Assembly (NCBI GenBank): GCA_036630325.1
Contig: CP142730.1
Span: forward strand, 1,054,001-1,118,000
DNA length: 64,000 nucleotides
Origin: Vairimorpha necatrix
Taxonomy: Eukaryota
Reading direction: 5' to 3'
Both the position numbers and the translations under genes were made by a program. Below the pieces are notes generated by a model. It worked only from the letters and a program-made list of their open reading frames with translations. It did no database searches and had not been told where the DNA came from. Position 1 is the first letter of the stretch; the number at the start of each line of letters is the position of its first letter. Shown here piece by piece: positions 48,101 through 60,320 of this stretch.

Positions 48101-48258
48101 CTTTCTCAACTTTCAATATTAACTTTAGTCTCTTATCTATCCTAATTGACTCTTTCTCTAATGTTCTAGCCTCTTGACTACGGGACTCTCTTGTTTCCCT
48201 GTTCATCCTTGTGTTCGCCATGTTAACCATTTATTTATTAAGGGTTCTAAACCCTACA
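45184..48258 (-). mobile_element. Miniature Ty3/gypsy LTR retrotransposon copy 2 (identical 38-bp LTRs, TSD TATAT)
   Basis: LTRs at 45184-45221 and 48221-48258. TATAT at 45179-45183 and 48259-48263. PPT GGAGGGGGGA. Confidence 0.96.
45210..48230 (-). CDS. Uninterrupted 1006-aa Gag-CCHC-RT-RNaseH-IN polyprotein with no recognisable protease
   Basis: ATG lies inside the 5' LTR and TAG inside the 3' LTR. All RT, RNase H and integrase catalytic motifs are present. Confidence 0.95.
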   Translation of the reverse strand: MVNMANTRMNRETRESRSQEARTLEKESIRIDKRLKLILKVEKVEWKDVMDLASANLQDYIFENFCDGRSSWEEIYKGLQKGAEFERESEERQEMIKEIMDKVLKEFREERKENLRMYRKRRKIRETTKCFICKKEGHYARECHESVAGREKYKIKKEQVLQKEPIINNEGKRCKTVNKLENLIEKYPEVFKESEEKIKYLTGEKCPINTKQGEKVVKRGQNVPYYLRVKFEEYLNKLENRGVIRRSKSEWRSPIRALENPNGDVRLVSNLMALNDLVDKDPYSLPLIKDIMRATQGSKVFTVIDLKEGFYHIEIEEHHKHKTAFEVNGRVYEWNSMVMGFKNSPHIMQRVMNRVLDEFRGKGGEVYMDDIVIHGKDVRVHDELLERVIKKFKECGLRINQTKIQYKKDEVMLLGVTINGEVMGPNEIKKQETLEYGKPENVRELRRFLELTGWFRDFIPNYAYRTVRLTEALKKDVKWNWTEDMERAFEDMKQGLRDMKKLKIPDGKKLFRVRTDACDTGIGAILLQENKEGEWIPIQWASKMLTPTERRYTISEKEMLAVFFGIKKFESDLRGRKFHLMTDHKALAEIRNKPYFNNNRINRWVEQIQEFDFTIEYVKGELMTDADALSRQYDQVEVSDEQKEKDNKRKEVIEKQILGKKQKHIKEKDGKQYWEFSTGEVKEILSLDSREHEITRVHEELNHRGVKGTYYNIKQRWYWPGMKDHINKVIKNCEICGINNRKNTGGCDFVVTRKKLEKVALDLMDIGGENRYVLLGIDYFTRRLWGSNLRCKESSEVIEVLQKWIREDGFPEEYVTDNGKEFVSNRFKEWCSINDIKHRKVGLEAHRSNGRIERCIRTIRETLIKQNDGNISGKIERAIKGYNNTLHTAIKCTPMEAWRDQTAEVIIENDENGKYAGRFKRRHRETFTVGQEVRIARRENLGTRAKTDKGRFTGRGRIVAISENDSYIVRLLDGKIVKKRHYDLKEIRKSCLEDGETTRLEGGCRV

Positions 48259-49537
48259 TATATTAATAATTTTGTCCTACATGTTAGTCTAAAAAATTTT
48301 TAATTGTTTGCTTTTTTCCTAACTTATGTAGAATTCAAGGTGAACTATATTAATATTTTATTCATTTGTATGAATTAAATTGAATATTTTACCACGTTCA
48401 AGAAAAAAACAAAATAAAGAATTAATAAAAACAATATTCTTAACAGATAAAAAAATATCTTCAAAGGTTAAGTAAGTTTCCCGTTTCTGTAAGATTTTTA
48501 TAACGGCAAATTACTTTTCTAGATATCGTCTACCATTAGCACTGTCATTTGAAAGTGAGCTTATCCTTTTTAAGCATTCAAGATAAAAAAAAAATTTTCA
48601 TCAAAAATTGATAAATAATCTATAACTTATATGATCAAATACAAAGATCTTTGTATTTTTTTCTAAGGTAATTTGTATCTATACAGTTTCAGGCCAAAAT
48701 TTATGGTGATATTTTTTCTTTGAGCAAATTTCATAACTATACATCAAAACTTCATATATTTAAAAACAAAGATAGTCATGGTAAGACAACACGTTACAAG
48801 TTTTATTCTTTAGTTGCTCTACAAAAAGAAGGGTTTCGTTAAAAAAATAGTGCATGCTTCAAAAACCTACAGAACAGTCAGTTTAAATATTGTTATTAGT
48901 TGTTTATAAATTTTTTTTTTTGCACTTTCGTATTTTCATCACATTAAAAAAATTTAGTTTGGCCGTTTGAGAATAATCTATTAATGATGGATTTGACATG
49001 TCGATGAAATACTTAATATTATAAGCAAGACAATAGTGATTTAATGTCTATTAGAATCTTAGAACATTGGTGCAAGACTAAAACGTCCTCGATGAGGTTG
49101 TTTTGTTTCTGTAAAATTTCCTCACATGTTTTTTAAACAATCATCAAGCCCATATTAATTTAACCAATAAACTTGACAAACAAACTAGTTTTAAAAATAC
49201 ATTTCAAATTATGTAAAAAAAGATTACAAAGTCCGGAGTGAGCTATAAAAGCGAAGCACGAAAAATTAAAATGACTAAGTAAAAATATAACTAATTATAG
49301 TCGTTCATTGCGAAAAATTTTACAGTTGTGTGGCAGAGAAAAATCTATAAATTACTAATTTAAATGCAATCATTATTTCTGTATCGGCATATTTTTGATT
49401 TTTTTACTTAATATAATTAGTGTAAAAATTTTATAATTCTAAAGATTTTGAATTTAAAAAGCCAAAATAGACCCAAAATATTCTAATTTATGAAAGAAAA
49501 ACGTATACTTATATATTATTAGAAGTAATAATCTTTA

Positions 49538-50455
49538 TTATTCTTCTTTATATAATATCTTTTTCTTTTTTGTTACATTAAAAAGGTTACTACTTTTTTC
49601 ACATAAGTAAAGAAACCCCTTTGCTATTAGTGCTACTATTAGAATATAGAAAGTAAAAACATTAAAATATTTATAAGACGACCAAATTCCACCAAAAAAA
49701 TTTTCATATGTGCTATTATTAGGATCGTACTCTCTATAACTAGAAAACATACCAAAAAAGAAGCTAAACAGAAAGGCCCCAAATCTATAACTATACAGCT
49801 TGTTGAGTATACTTTTATTACAAGATTGCAATTTTGAAATGGTTGTTTTTGACTTGTTTTTTATTTCAGTTATCTCTGCAATCCTTTCAAGATCTTCTTT
49901 TTTATATGCTGGAATTATAAACCTCAAGCCAATAAGTGCTCCGTTTACGTCTTTTAGTAAGCTAATGTTATTAAAAATGCACTTTTTTATTTCTCTTCTT
50001 TTTTCTTCTGAATTGGTTGTTTCATTTGGCCATTTATAATGAAACATATTATATGCATTTACTGTAAACCTTGACAAATCATCAACGATTGTTATGTCGG
50101 GCTCTGGTAGTCTTTGGAATAACTTAGAGTTATTATCAGACATGTTTAACTTCAGCATAACTAATTCACTGTGCGCGATGTGTAACATCTTCAGTCTCAC
50201 CTCTAAGCTGTTTTTAGACTTACTCTTTTCTAATGCCTCTTTAAAACCATCACTTCCTGCCATATTTCCATATACAGTTTCAATGAAATCTTTAAGATCC
50301 TTCAACTGAGGGAATTTTTTTTCTAAATTGTCCTTCAATCTAACACATTTTTTCTTATAAGAACATGATTCTACTTCATCTGTTCTTATGTTGCTTCCTA
50401 AAACTAATCGCATCATACAAAGCACCAGTGGAAAAAAATTAAGCGACAATTTCAT
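49538..50455 (-). CDS. Divergent member of the surface protein family (305 aa), closest to 43784-44758
   Basis: Signal peptide; LKDFIETVY, DDLSRFTVNAYNM and FSSYREYD; two C-terminal hydrophobic segments. Confidence 0.85.
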   Translation of the reverse strand: MKLSLNFFPLVLCMMRLVLGSNIRTDEVESCSYKKKCVRLKDNLEKKFPQLKDLKDFIETVYGNMAGSDGFKEALEKSKSKNSLEVRLKMLHIAHSELVMLKLNMSDNNSKLFQRLPEPDITIVDDLSRFTVNAYNMFHYKWPNETTNSEEKRREIKKCIFNNISLLKDVNGALIGLRFIIPAYKKEDLERIAEITEIKNKSKTTISKLQSCNKSILNKLYSYRFGAFLFSFFFGMFSSYREYDPNNSTYENFFGGIWSSYKYFNVFTFYILIVALIAKGFLYLCEKSSNLFNVTKKKKILYKEE

Positions 50456-51212
50456 TGGGGTAGAAAAAAAAATTATTTAGATAAAAATGAAATAAATCAT
50501 AGGTAGATAATTTATATAAATAATGTTTTTTAAAAAACTTTAAAATCATAGATAATTTGTAATTATTGGCTTTTGTTTTTTTCTGATACATTAAAATTTT
50601 ATCTATAATAGACAAATAAAATACAATTAGTTAAAAGATACCGTTGTCGTGTTAGTCTCGAGACAATAATTAGTGGGCTTGTGAGAAGAAGGTGAATTAT
50701 TAGTTAATCGTTTATTACTCATCGTACCCTTGTTCGGGCATTTTCTTAAATACTTTTACTTAAAGTTTCCCTCCGAAATGTAGCATTTTGGGCGGGAAAT
50801 AAAGACAGGATAAAAGTTGTAGAAATATGTGTAGTACACATATTTGAGACATAATGGTGAGTTACCAAAAATGTCAAAAATCTCATTTGTTCCAAATAAA
50901 TACAGAATTAATTATGACTAGGAATTCTGATGGTCGGCGTAGGTTTACCGCATGACAGAAACATTGTTTTATATCATAAAAGTAAGACAACTGATATTGT
51001 TTTAATACTATAATTCATGATATGGATAAAATATCAAAAACATAGAAAAAAATATTATTTAATGACTTCAACTACAAACAAAGTACTACAATAAGCATTT
51101 TCGATGGATTAATTTGAAGATCTAGTTAACTTTACCATCGTATAAATTGTTAAAATGTTAATTCGCTGTAGTGCAATATATAGTTTGAAAACAAATCAAT
51201 TAACTAATACTA

Positions 51213-51444
51213 ATTTAATAGAATATAATTAGAGTATGCTTATTGTAGTTTATACTTCTAGTTAAACAAGGATAGGTTTCGCGTTAGCGTCTCCTGCTTG
51301 TAGGTAGCTTCCGGCTCCATAGTTCTTTCCACATCGGCTTCGTCTCCCCTCCTTCGGTAGTCCAGAGAAATGCTTTCTATCGTTTTTTTCCAGCGTAACT
51401 ATCTGGATGTACGCTTCTACCTTATTAGGATTCTCAAGTCTTGT
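51213..51444 (-). mobile_element. 5'-truncated insertion (~230 bp) of the RLE non-LTR element's 3' end
   Basis: Matches ~8915-9128. Flanked by a 14-bp direct repeat ATTAACTAATACTA (51199-51212) and ATTGACTAATACTA (51445-51458). Confidence 0.8.
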
Positions 51445-52799
51445 ATTGACTAATACTATTTATATTTATTTATATGGTATAAACATATTAAATATTCATT
51501 AATTTCTCTAGACCGTTGGTGTCAATATTTTCATGTTTCTATAAATTTTTCGATATTGATTATTTATTTGGTTATAATTATCTAGATAATAAATGAATTA
51601 TGATATTGTTCTTAAGATTTTGGCATTACTGATGAAAAAAATACTTATTTTTTTTTTTAAATAAAAATGTATTACTTTAAAAACATCTCTCGTTTATTAA
51701 ATATTATCATTTATAGAATTAATATGATTTTCTAAAATATATGGAATTGTGAGTAGAGAATACAATCCGCAAAATATAATTGATTTCTAATATAAATTTC
51801 AATACATTAAACCAGTTTTTTTTACTAACTAATACATTTTTTACTATTAATATATGTGATAATTTTTTATTGGTTATAAATAAGAGATTTCATAATATTG
51901 TATAAATGAGAAGTTTAACTGTTAAAAATAAGTAGAATTTAGCTAATATAATACTTGTAAAGTTATTTATTTATGTTAAAGGAAAATTAAATATGCTGAA
52001 ACATTTTTAAAAATTTTATTCATGTCTCTTAGTGTTTGAAACTTACATACTTACAAAATACTCATTTTAAAGACCGTTTATTTTAAATTTATTTGTCTTT
52101 CCACTTAAAAAACTAATCCCAAAAAGGGGATAGAAAAAAATGACCACTTTCAATAACAAAAATAACATGTAAATTTGATTTACATGCATGCAATACTTTC
52201 ATCACGTACCTTATGAATTTATTTGACAAATTTTAATAATTTTTTCTTTGCACTTTAAAGCAATTTGGAAATATTAGAGATATATTTTATTTATTCTGAC
52301 TAAATTCCGCTGTTACGGCGAGTTAATATTAAAGAGTTTTTATACATCCTCCTCTAAAATAGGCAGAAGTATTGAATAATTAACACTTCATCTTAAAATG
52401 TACAAAATAATAGTTGTTTCGGTTTAAATTGAATGTTGTACAATAACATTTTTTATTTAAACAAAAAAATTTTCTTAATATTTGTTCCTTTCTCCCAACC
52501 AATATATAAATTTACTATAAATAATGCTTCTATCAACAAAAACGAAACATTTTAACCAATTTTAGTAAAAATTTTTATCAAGACTTAAAATTTTACTGGC
52601 TTAAATATATTCTCTAATTATTTATTATGTTGTGTGCAACATTAAAATGCTTACACTACCATAGAATTCTTAGTTTAAATTCTTGTAATTTTCTGCGAAA
52701 AAATACATTATGTTAAAGTAGTAACAATGTCCTTCATGTAATTTTTTGTAAATAACTTAGGTTATTTAAATACCAAGTGTGTAATCCAATATAGAATTT

Positions 52800-53450
52800 T
52801 GATTGTACAAAAAGACACAACGAAAAATTAGATTTGTAGGTATTACTGAAGAAAACATACAAAGTACGTGAGACCACGAAAAAAATATCGCGTGGATACG
52901 ATGAATACTAGAATAATTACTAATAAAAAAATTTACCTTACTATGATTGATATTCTCGTGTTCATCAAAAGGGAGGATATCAATATTCGAAGATTATATA
53001 AGCAAAAAAACCTACTTTTCTACTCAAAGCTATTACAAAAATGGATGCAATTATAAAACAGAACTGATGCATATGAATCAAACAATAGTAAATCGTTGTT
53101 TAATAACATGAAATAAAATATCGATTCAATATTTTCGACAATATAAGGCACGTCTGAAATCGATTTTTACACATCACGGCTATTGTGTCGAAAAAGCATA
53201 GAATCTACCTCAAAAAACAAAGACGAAATATTAAAAAAAAAAAATTTAAAGAGCAGTAAATGCATTTATGGAAGTCAACTGCCAGCAAATAGATTTGTTC
53301 GGCGAAGAAACTGTAAACCAGGAGCTATTTTGAAATTCAACAAAAAGCTAAAAAGAAGGGGAAAATTCCTTTTATTATTTAAAAATTTAAAAGTTTGACG
53401 AGACATAGATATATTCAGAAGCTCATGTAATATATTAGAGGTATTAACTA
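52800..53450 (+). pseudogene. Possible heavily decayed gypsy RT/RNase H remnant
   Basis: Scattered GYY and RTDAY (TDAS-like) fragments in purine-rich sequence; no continuous frame. Confidence 0.3.
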
Positions 53451-54368
53451 TAAGAAGCAAAATTTTTTTACTAAACTTATCACCAAAGACTGTCTTGCGT
53501 CTACTCTAAGTTATAATAAAGTATCGAATAATTTAGCGAAAATAGCTCTATGGGGTTGATTTCTTTTGACTATTAGAATCAACGACGAAAACTTGCGAAA
53601 TAACTCTCTATACAATATATAGCTTAAGGTAAAACAATCTTACAATAAGTCAACAAAAATTTAAAAATGTTATTAGGAGGGAACAATTAGTTGTGTATTT
53701 TAATTCGAACGCATTTGTTTGAATGTTAAAAAAAACCAAATGAATATCTTATAAGAGGTTACTGTTTTTCACCTACCGTGATAAAATAAAATTGAAATGG
53801 TACTCGATAAAGTAAAAAAACAAATGTAGGCATATTTTTCACAGATTCGTTAATACTGTACAAATAACTAGTTTCCTTCACAATATATATTTAATTAGTT
53901 TTTTGATAAAAAAATTTGAATCCACCTTTCAAATTTTTGTATTTCGGCTTTTGATTTATTTGCCATTTAATATCATAAATGACATGTATACGACATTTAT
54001 GACAAGCTATTAAATATTACAAAGGACAATAAATTTTAAATCGTTCATAAGTTTTTATTACATTTAATTCAAGAACAAAGGTTTTTACTGACAAAAGGTA
54101 ACATTTTATCTGAGACTATATAGTTTTATCTGGCTTTAGTCATAAAAGTTTAGAGCCGCATTAATGCTATAGTGAAAATATTTGTTATACATAATTTTAG
54201 GTTTTACGATAATATTGAGCACATATTTAATTTTTCTCAAAAATATGACTATTTTAAATATTTTGAAATAAGTATTTATAATGCAAAACAATATAATTTG
54301 GTTGATCAACAGTCAATTAGAAAAAAATTAATATAATTTCAATTAAATGTATGAATTTTAGACCCCAA

Positions 54369-55265
54369 ATGAGCTTGGTTTGTATATTAACTCAATTATT
54401 TATTTTCAAAACATATACAACAAAATCTTGTAAAAATATTTCTGATCCGATAGATTTGATTATTAAAAGTGGGAAAATTTGTGATGTTTTAAATACAAAA
54501 TTTAACGAAACCGGCCTGTCATTTGAAACTGTTCAAAGCTTTGGGGAAAGTATGTGGTACGCAGTAATAAATCATGAAATTTTCATTAATATGACAAAAA
54601 ATATTATCATGAAAGCTGATTTCTCGCAAAGACTAATAAATTTGAAAAACGCATACTTAGAAATGATTAGAGGAATATTTATAACAAGTACTTGGAATTC
54701 TACAATAATAGATTTGATTCCAGCGAATGATCAACACTTCATTGATGAACTTATTTACGGTACATTAGAGTATTACAATATGTTACTTATGTGTTATAAA
54801 GATAGAATTTTAAGTTCAAACTGCATTAAAGACGCAATCGAAGAAATTATTAGACAAAATACATGTTACATTAAAAATGGAACAGAGAAATTTCCTAGTC
54901 TCGTTTTTAAAATTTGTAAAGGCCTTATCCCTCATTTTAAGGAGTGTTATAAAGATAAAGGCATGGAATACATTTATAATGAAATAAAATACAATCAAGA
55001 TCAATTATTAAGAGCTGAGTGTATAAACAATTCTAATTATGATGTTAGTAATATTAAAAACATCACTGACATTTTCACGTACGATTTTTTAAACGTAAAT
55101 TATGATAATAAAGTCGCCGAAAATGATACTGGTACAGTACCATTGATATCAAAATGGGGGTTTCTCATATTGATGTGTTTAGGCTTATTATTATTAGGAT
55201 GGGTGTATTACAAAAAGAGAATTAGAAAAAAAATACAATATACAACAGTTTACAATATTTATTAA
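54369..55265 (+). CDS. Six-cysteine type I membrane protein family member
   Basis: ATG 54369 follows ACCCC; WYAVINHEIF, YNMLLMCYKD, NTCY, KIC, ECY, AEC, TM, YYKK. Confidence 0.9.
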   Translation: MSLVCILTQLFIFKTYTTKSCKNISDPIDLIIKSGKICDVLNTKFNETGLSFETVQSFGESMWYAVINHEIFINMTKNIIMKADFSQRLINLKNAYLEMIRGIFITSTWNSTIIDLIPANDQHFIDELIYGTLEYYNMLLMCYKDRILSSNCIKDAIEEIIRQNTCYIKNGTEKFPSLVFKICKGLIPHFKECYKDKGMEYIYNEIKYNQDQLLRAECINNSNYDVSNIKNITDIFTYDFLNVNYDNKVAENDTGTVPLISKWGFLILMCLGLLLLGWVYYKKRIRKKIQYTTVYNIY

Positions 55266-57495
55266 ATTTTTTATTTGAATTATATAAAAAATTAAAGTTT
55301 GTTAATAAATAATAAGCTAAAAACAACTCATATGAGGCAAATCAAACGCTGCATAAAATATTAATATCTGACCGAACATGATCTTATTTATATCTTAGAT
55401 TAATTATTTTTTTTGAGAAATATGAAGAAATATAAAATATAAAACGATATTAAAGTAAAATTTCATAAAACAGCTTGAAACTAATTGAGTGCAATTTTTT
55501 ATGAATTAAATTTTTAGAATGTTATGAAAATTAAGCTATCAGGACCTTAATGAATTGTTTAAGGATTTTTTTCGTATGACTTATAATAATACATTCAAAT
55601 CGATGGAGGCTATGTTGCATCAATTTTCATTTTTTACTAATACTAACATATTTATCAGAAAACCTTGTTATATGTCAGTGTTGGAGCTGCTAGCTTTTAT
55701 TTTATACTTCGTTGATTTTTATTATTATATGAACACCATTCCAAACATCGATAATACAAAAAATGACACACTGTCAGCATTGCAATTGAATATAATTAAC
55801 AAATTATTCTAGAAATATATATATATATATGCTTCAGACAGATTTTAAATAAAAAACAATTTCGTTTGAATAAATATTGACAAACTTTATCCAGATTTTA
55901 TACTTAGCTCTTTATTTTTAAGAAATTAGTTAAATAAATGTGTTTATGTAATTCAAAATGTTAACATAATAAATTACAGTGATTATTTGTATAAATGAGC
56001 AAAGGCTTCTTTTTTTTTAAAAAAATAGAAAAATAACTAATATTTCTACTTATTAGTATGTACTGACCCTTTCTTTTACACGGGCGTTTAATGAGATATA
56101 AAGACTTATAGAGTTATACATAAGAGTAATCAAAATATTAACAAAAAGACGATATTAAATCGTAACAACTAAGGTATTAGGGACAAATCAAATTTCATAT
56201 ACTCGAAGAAAAAATATTTTGGTTGTTCTAAGATAAAATCAAAATATTCTACTTTATCACTGGTAAATACAAAAATAAAAACTTTTAGTTTTTAATAAAA
56301 ACATTTAAACAAAAAAATTCTTATTACATAAAATTTAAGATGGAACATGGATAAGAAAACTCGTAATAAAAAAAAATATTATTTGCGTGATTTTTAAGCT
56401 ACATTGTTAAAAATATATTTTAAATAAATTGCATGATTAAATTGTTAAGGAACAAAAAAATGATATAATATGTACGTAAGCAAACACGACTCAATTTACA
56501 CCATATAAATATGCATTTTAAATTTTGATGATTGGAAGATTTTGCATATTTCAATTTTTTTAAATTTTTTGCATCATTCACAAATATATACTTATCGTAT
56601 TATTTGATATTAATTATTTTTATAGCACAATCATTATGTTTATAACTTGCATTATGACTTACTTTAAATATTATGTTACACAAAACTATTGTTTATGTTT
56701 ACTTGGAAAAAATCACCAATTTTTTTTATATTTAGAGGAGTAACATTTTGATTATTGTCGATCTATATAAAATTAGCGGGTAACTCAGCTTAAATATTTT
56801 TTTTCTCGCACTTTACATGATTTTTAATTTTTGTGAAACTTCATATTTATTTAATGAATATTTTTAATAAAAATGATGACTAAATTTATCAAAAAAAATA
56901 AACGTCATAGTTACTAAAAAATACAAGGTTGTGATCATACATATTACTTTGTTCTTTGATTGTGAAACTTTATTTACACATAAATTTTAAGGTAAAAAAT
57001 TAGACATCCTCAATAATCTTACTTAATTTCTAGCTACACAATGTCAAAAAATGAAAACATTATGTGCTAAGAAGAAAAACAAAGAAATTTACAAAATTTT
57101 TAGTTTATATTCAGATATTATTAAGTAAATTAATATTTCAAGAGAAGCAGATTTAATAAAATAAAGTATCTAGAGTTTTGATAGACAGATACCTAGAGAA
57201 TTTTGCTCATTTTAAAAAATATATGAAGTTTTTAAAAAATATGACAGGTGTTTTTAGTTTTTAAATATTGAAATAATTTAAATAAATACTATTAATTAAA
57301 GAACATCAGTATGTTAATTTTAAAGTTATCAATTAAATTTACAAATAATTACATGTCTCCTATACAACCCTTTATCAAAAAACTTACACAGTGTGGTATT
57401 TTTTTAATATGAATTGAGAACAATTTTGCAATTAAATTTTTATTAAAAAGCTATTTATTTTAATTATATAAATGTTTCCTTGTTGTTGCCCATAA

Positions 57496-58428
57496 ATGAA
57501 GTTAAAATATTTTTCTATTCAGATTCTAATATACACATTTGGTATAATAAAAGCCGGAAACAACGTAACTGAAAATTTACATGATATGATGAATAGTAAT
57601 TTAAATAAAAGTCAGATTTGTAATTCTTTACACAATAACGTTGGTGATAATGGCCTGTCATCAAATGCAGTTCTTGATTTTGGCTTTTTATTTTGGGATG
57701 CGATAACAAACCATGATATTTTCAAAAACATGACACAGAACATAACGTCACCAGAAAGTTTCAATTTTTTACACTTAATATTGAAAGTCTATTATATTGA
57801 GAAAATTAAGGAAGTATTTAGATTAAAAAAATGGAACCCAGAATTGCTGGATGGAATTTCATCGACTGTGAGAAACTTTACTTATGAGTTTGTAGACGGA
57901 ACACTAGATGCTTATAACATGCTACGTTTATGTTTTAAAGATACAATTAATGACTCTAATTCTACCAAAGAATCTATAGAGAGAATTCTTAAGGAAAACA
58001 CATGCTTTATACCCAAAGGGATAAGTGAGACCATTCCATCTTTTGTTATTAAAATGTGTGCAGGTATCCGTCCATATTACAACGAGTGTTATGGAAATCG
58101 AAGCACTCTTCTTTTTTTGGAGGATGTGAGAAAAAATCATGACCAAATATATAGAGCTGAATGTAGCAATGATATTTATGATTTTAAAAATATGAATACA
58201 AAAGATTTAAGACTTGAAGATAACGTTAAATTTTCATATTTAAATATGTTAGAAGCCAAAAATAATGGATATATTTTTAATTTGAGTCCTAATTTATGTG
58301 TCGGTATTATAATTATTTGTTTAATGTTTACCTTTTGTGGATACTTGTATTACAAAAAATGTATTAAAAAAAGATCTGATCAATATAAAGCTTATGATTC
58401 GATGGAAAAGGAAAGAGTTGAAGTTTAA
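57496..58428 (+). CDS. Six-cysteine type I membrane protein family member (310 aa)
   Basis: WDAITNHDIF, YNMLRLCFKD, NTCF, KMC, ECY, AEC, TM, YYKK; many NxS/T sequons. Confidence 0.92.
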   Translation: MKLKYFSIQILIYTFGIIKAGNNVTENLHDMMNSNLNKSQICNSLHNNVGDNGLSSNAVLDFGFLFWDAITNHDIFKNMTQNITSPESFNFLHLILKVYYIEKIKEVFRLKKWNPELLDGISSTVRNFTYEFVDGTLDAYNMLRLCFKDTINDSNSTKESIERILKENTCFIPKGISETIPSFVIKMCAGIRPYYNECYGNRSTLLFLEDVRKNHDQIYRAECSNDIYDFKNMNTKDLRLEDNVKFSYLNMLEAKNNGYIFNLSPNLCVGIIIICLMFTFCGYLYYKKCIKKRSDQYKAYDSMEKERVEV

Positions 58429-60320
58429 AACTTTTTTGATGTAAATAAATAATTTAGTTTGTAGAATTCTTTTCTTGGTAAAAAATATTTTATAGGGAGT
58501 AATTTCTAATATGTATATTGATACGTCAAAAATATTCTATAAAAAATTTAAACAATTAATTTTTAACATTATCCTTTGCAAAAAAAAATTATTTACGTTT
58601 TGAAAAGGATTTTTGTGATGTATTTTAACTAATTAAAAAAAAATTGTATGATTTAGTAAAAGATTTAACTTGATTAAATATATGTATTATTATTTTGATG
58701 TACTTGAAAATCGAAAAAAAAATCTAGATTTTAAACTGAAAAATATAGTATAAAGTAAAGAAAGGATAAAAATACAAAAATATATGCATATAAATAGAAG
58801 CATTTTCATATATAAATACTTTGTGATAGGCTCTTAAGACATTTTATCAAAACCCAGATTAGAAAATGTTAGAACAAAAAAAAATTATTTTTAAAATTCA
58901 ATGAAACGACATGTCGAATATATTGAACCTATGCACAGCATTTTTGACACGCACTGCTCTTCCTATATAGACGATAATAGGTTATAAAAAAAGACTATTC
59001 GACACTTATAATCCAGAACATCTAAATATTTTTTTACTTCCATTTTGTTATATCTAAAATACAAAATAATATTTTCTGTCTTACTATAAAAAAATCTTGT
59101 GAACTTACAAATGTAAATATTTCACACGTGTTGTACATAATTAGCATGTTTTTCTTGTAAACTCGTTCATTAATATTGACTTTTCTATAGGCTGTGAATA
59201 TAAATTCAAATACTAATAAAATAAAAAAAATAAAACAGGATCTTCGTAGTATTATATGACTTGGCTTCCAGGTCTCTTTTGCTGCCTATTACAACAATAC
59301 AGAGTATAAATATCAATTTTTATAGCTTTTTCTGTAGGTAAGTATATGTTTTTATGCAATTCAATATAAGAGAATTACAAAGCTTTTAAAGTATTTTGTC
59401 TTTTGAATTATTTGTTTAGTGAGCAAGAAAGCGTTAAGAGTTACAATCGCCACAGATGTAATTTTTTTTAAAATTTGGAGGCATTATAACAAATTAAAAA
59501 CTCTAAAAACGAGTTAAATAATTATAATGATTACCAGTATGTGTATAACAACTCATTATAAAACACAACTGGTAAAAATAATTTAGAAACTAAATATTAT
59601 TCTTAAACGTTTAGAATGGTTTAACAATAAATTATGTATTATTTAAGCTAAAAAGAGCATCCTTATACTTTTAGTGCATCTACTCTACGTATTACACTAT
59701 ATTTTTCGTAATTTTTTGTACAGGCTTTTACATTTTTTTATAAAACATAAGTTATTTAAGTGGGAGATGAAAGCACACGTATAAATTATCCACACAATGT
59801 AATACTATAAAATTATTGAAAATGTGTAAACGAATCGATAAAAGACATTATAACGATAGATAGATTAAATTTATACAAATGCAAATTTATTATGTGGCAT
59901 AAGTTAATATTTAAAAATTTAATCCGGGTTGTTTGCCTACTACTTTAGATGTATTAGGCAATAAAATAATAAACTGAAAATCATTGACTTTGCAATTAAA
60001 TTATTTAGTTTAAATTAAACTGACGATGTAGTTTAAATCATTTTTAATCAAAAATTATAGCAAAAAAAAAGAGCCAATACAAAAAAAATATACGTTTTAT
60101 TATGCGTTTTGAGGAATTTCTAAGCAGAATTATATCTACATCAACTATGACCTGTATTACTAATAATTTACAAACGTGATTCTACCGATATACATATAAA
60201 TTAATGTTCAGATACTTTATAATTATGTTAGATAATATTTACTATACTTTGTATATAATTTTAATCTCAACAAGTTGTATTAATTTATATTATAAATATA
60301 GTAAATTGTAATGCCCCCAA

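Noticed and set aside
50645-50990. GC-richer patch starting TGTCGTG as another solo LTR
   Set aside because: No convincing TSD at the candidate CA ends and no second copy in the window.
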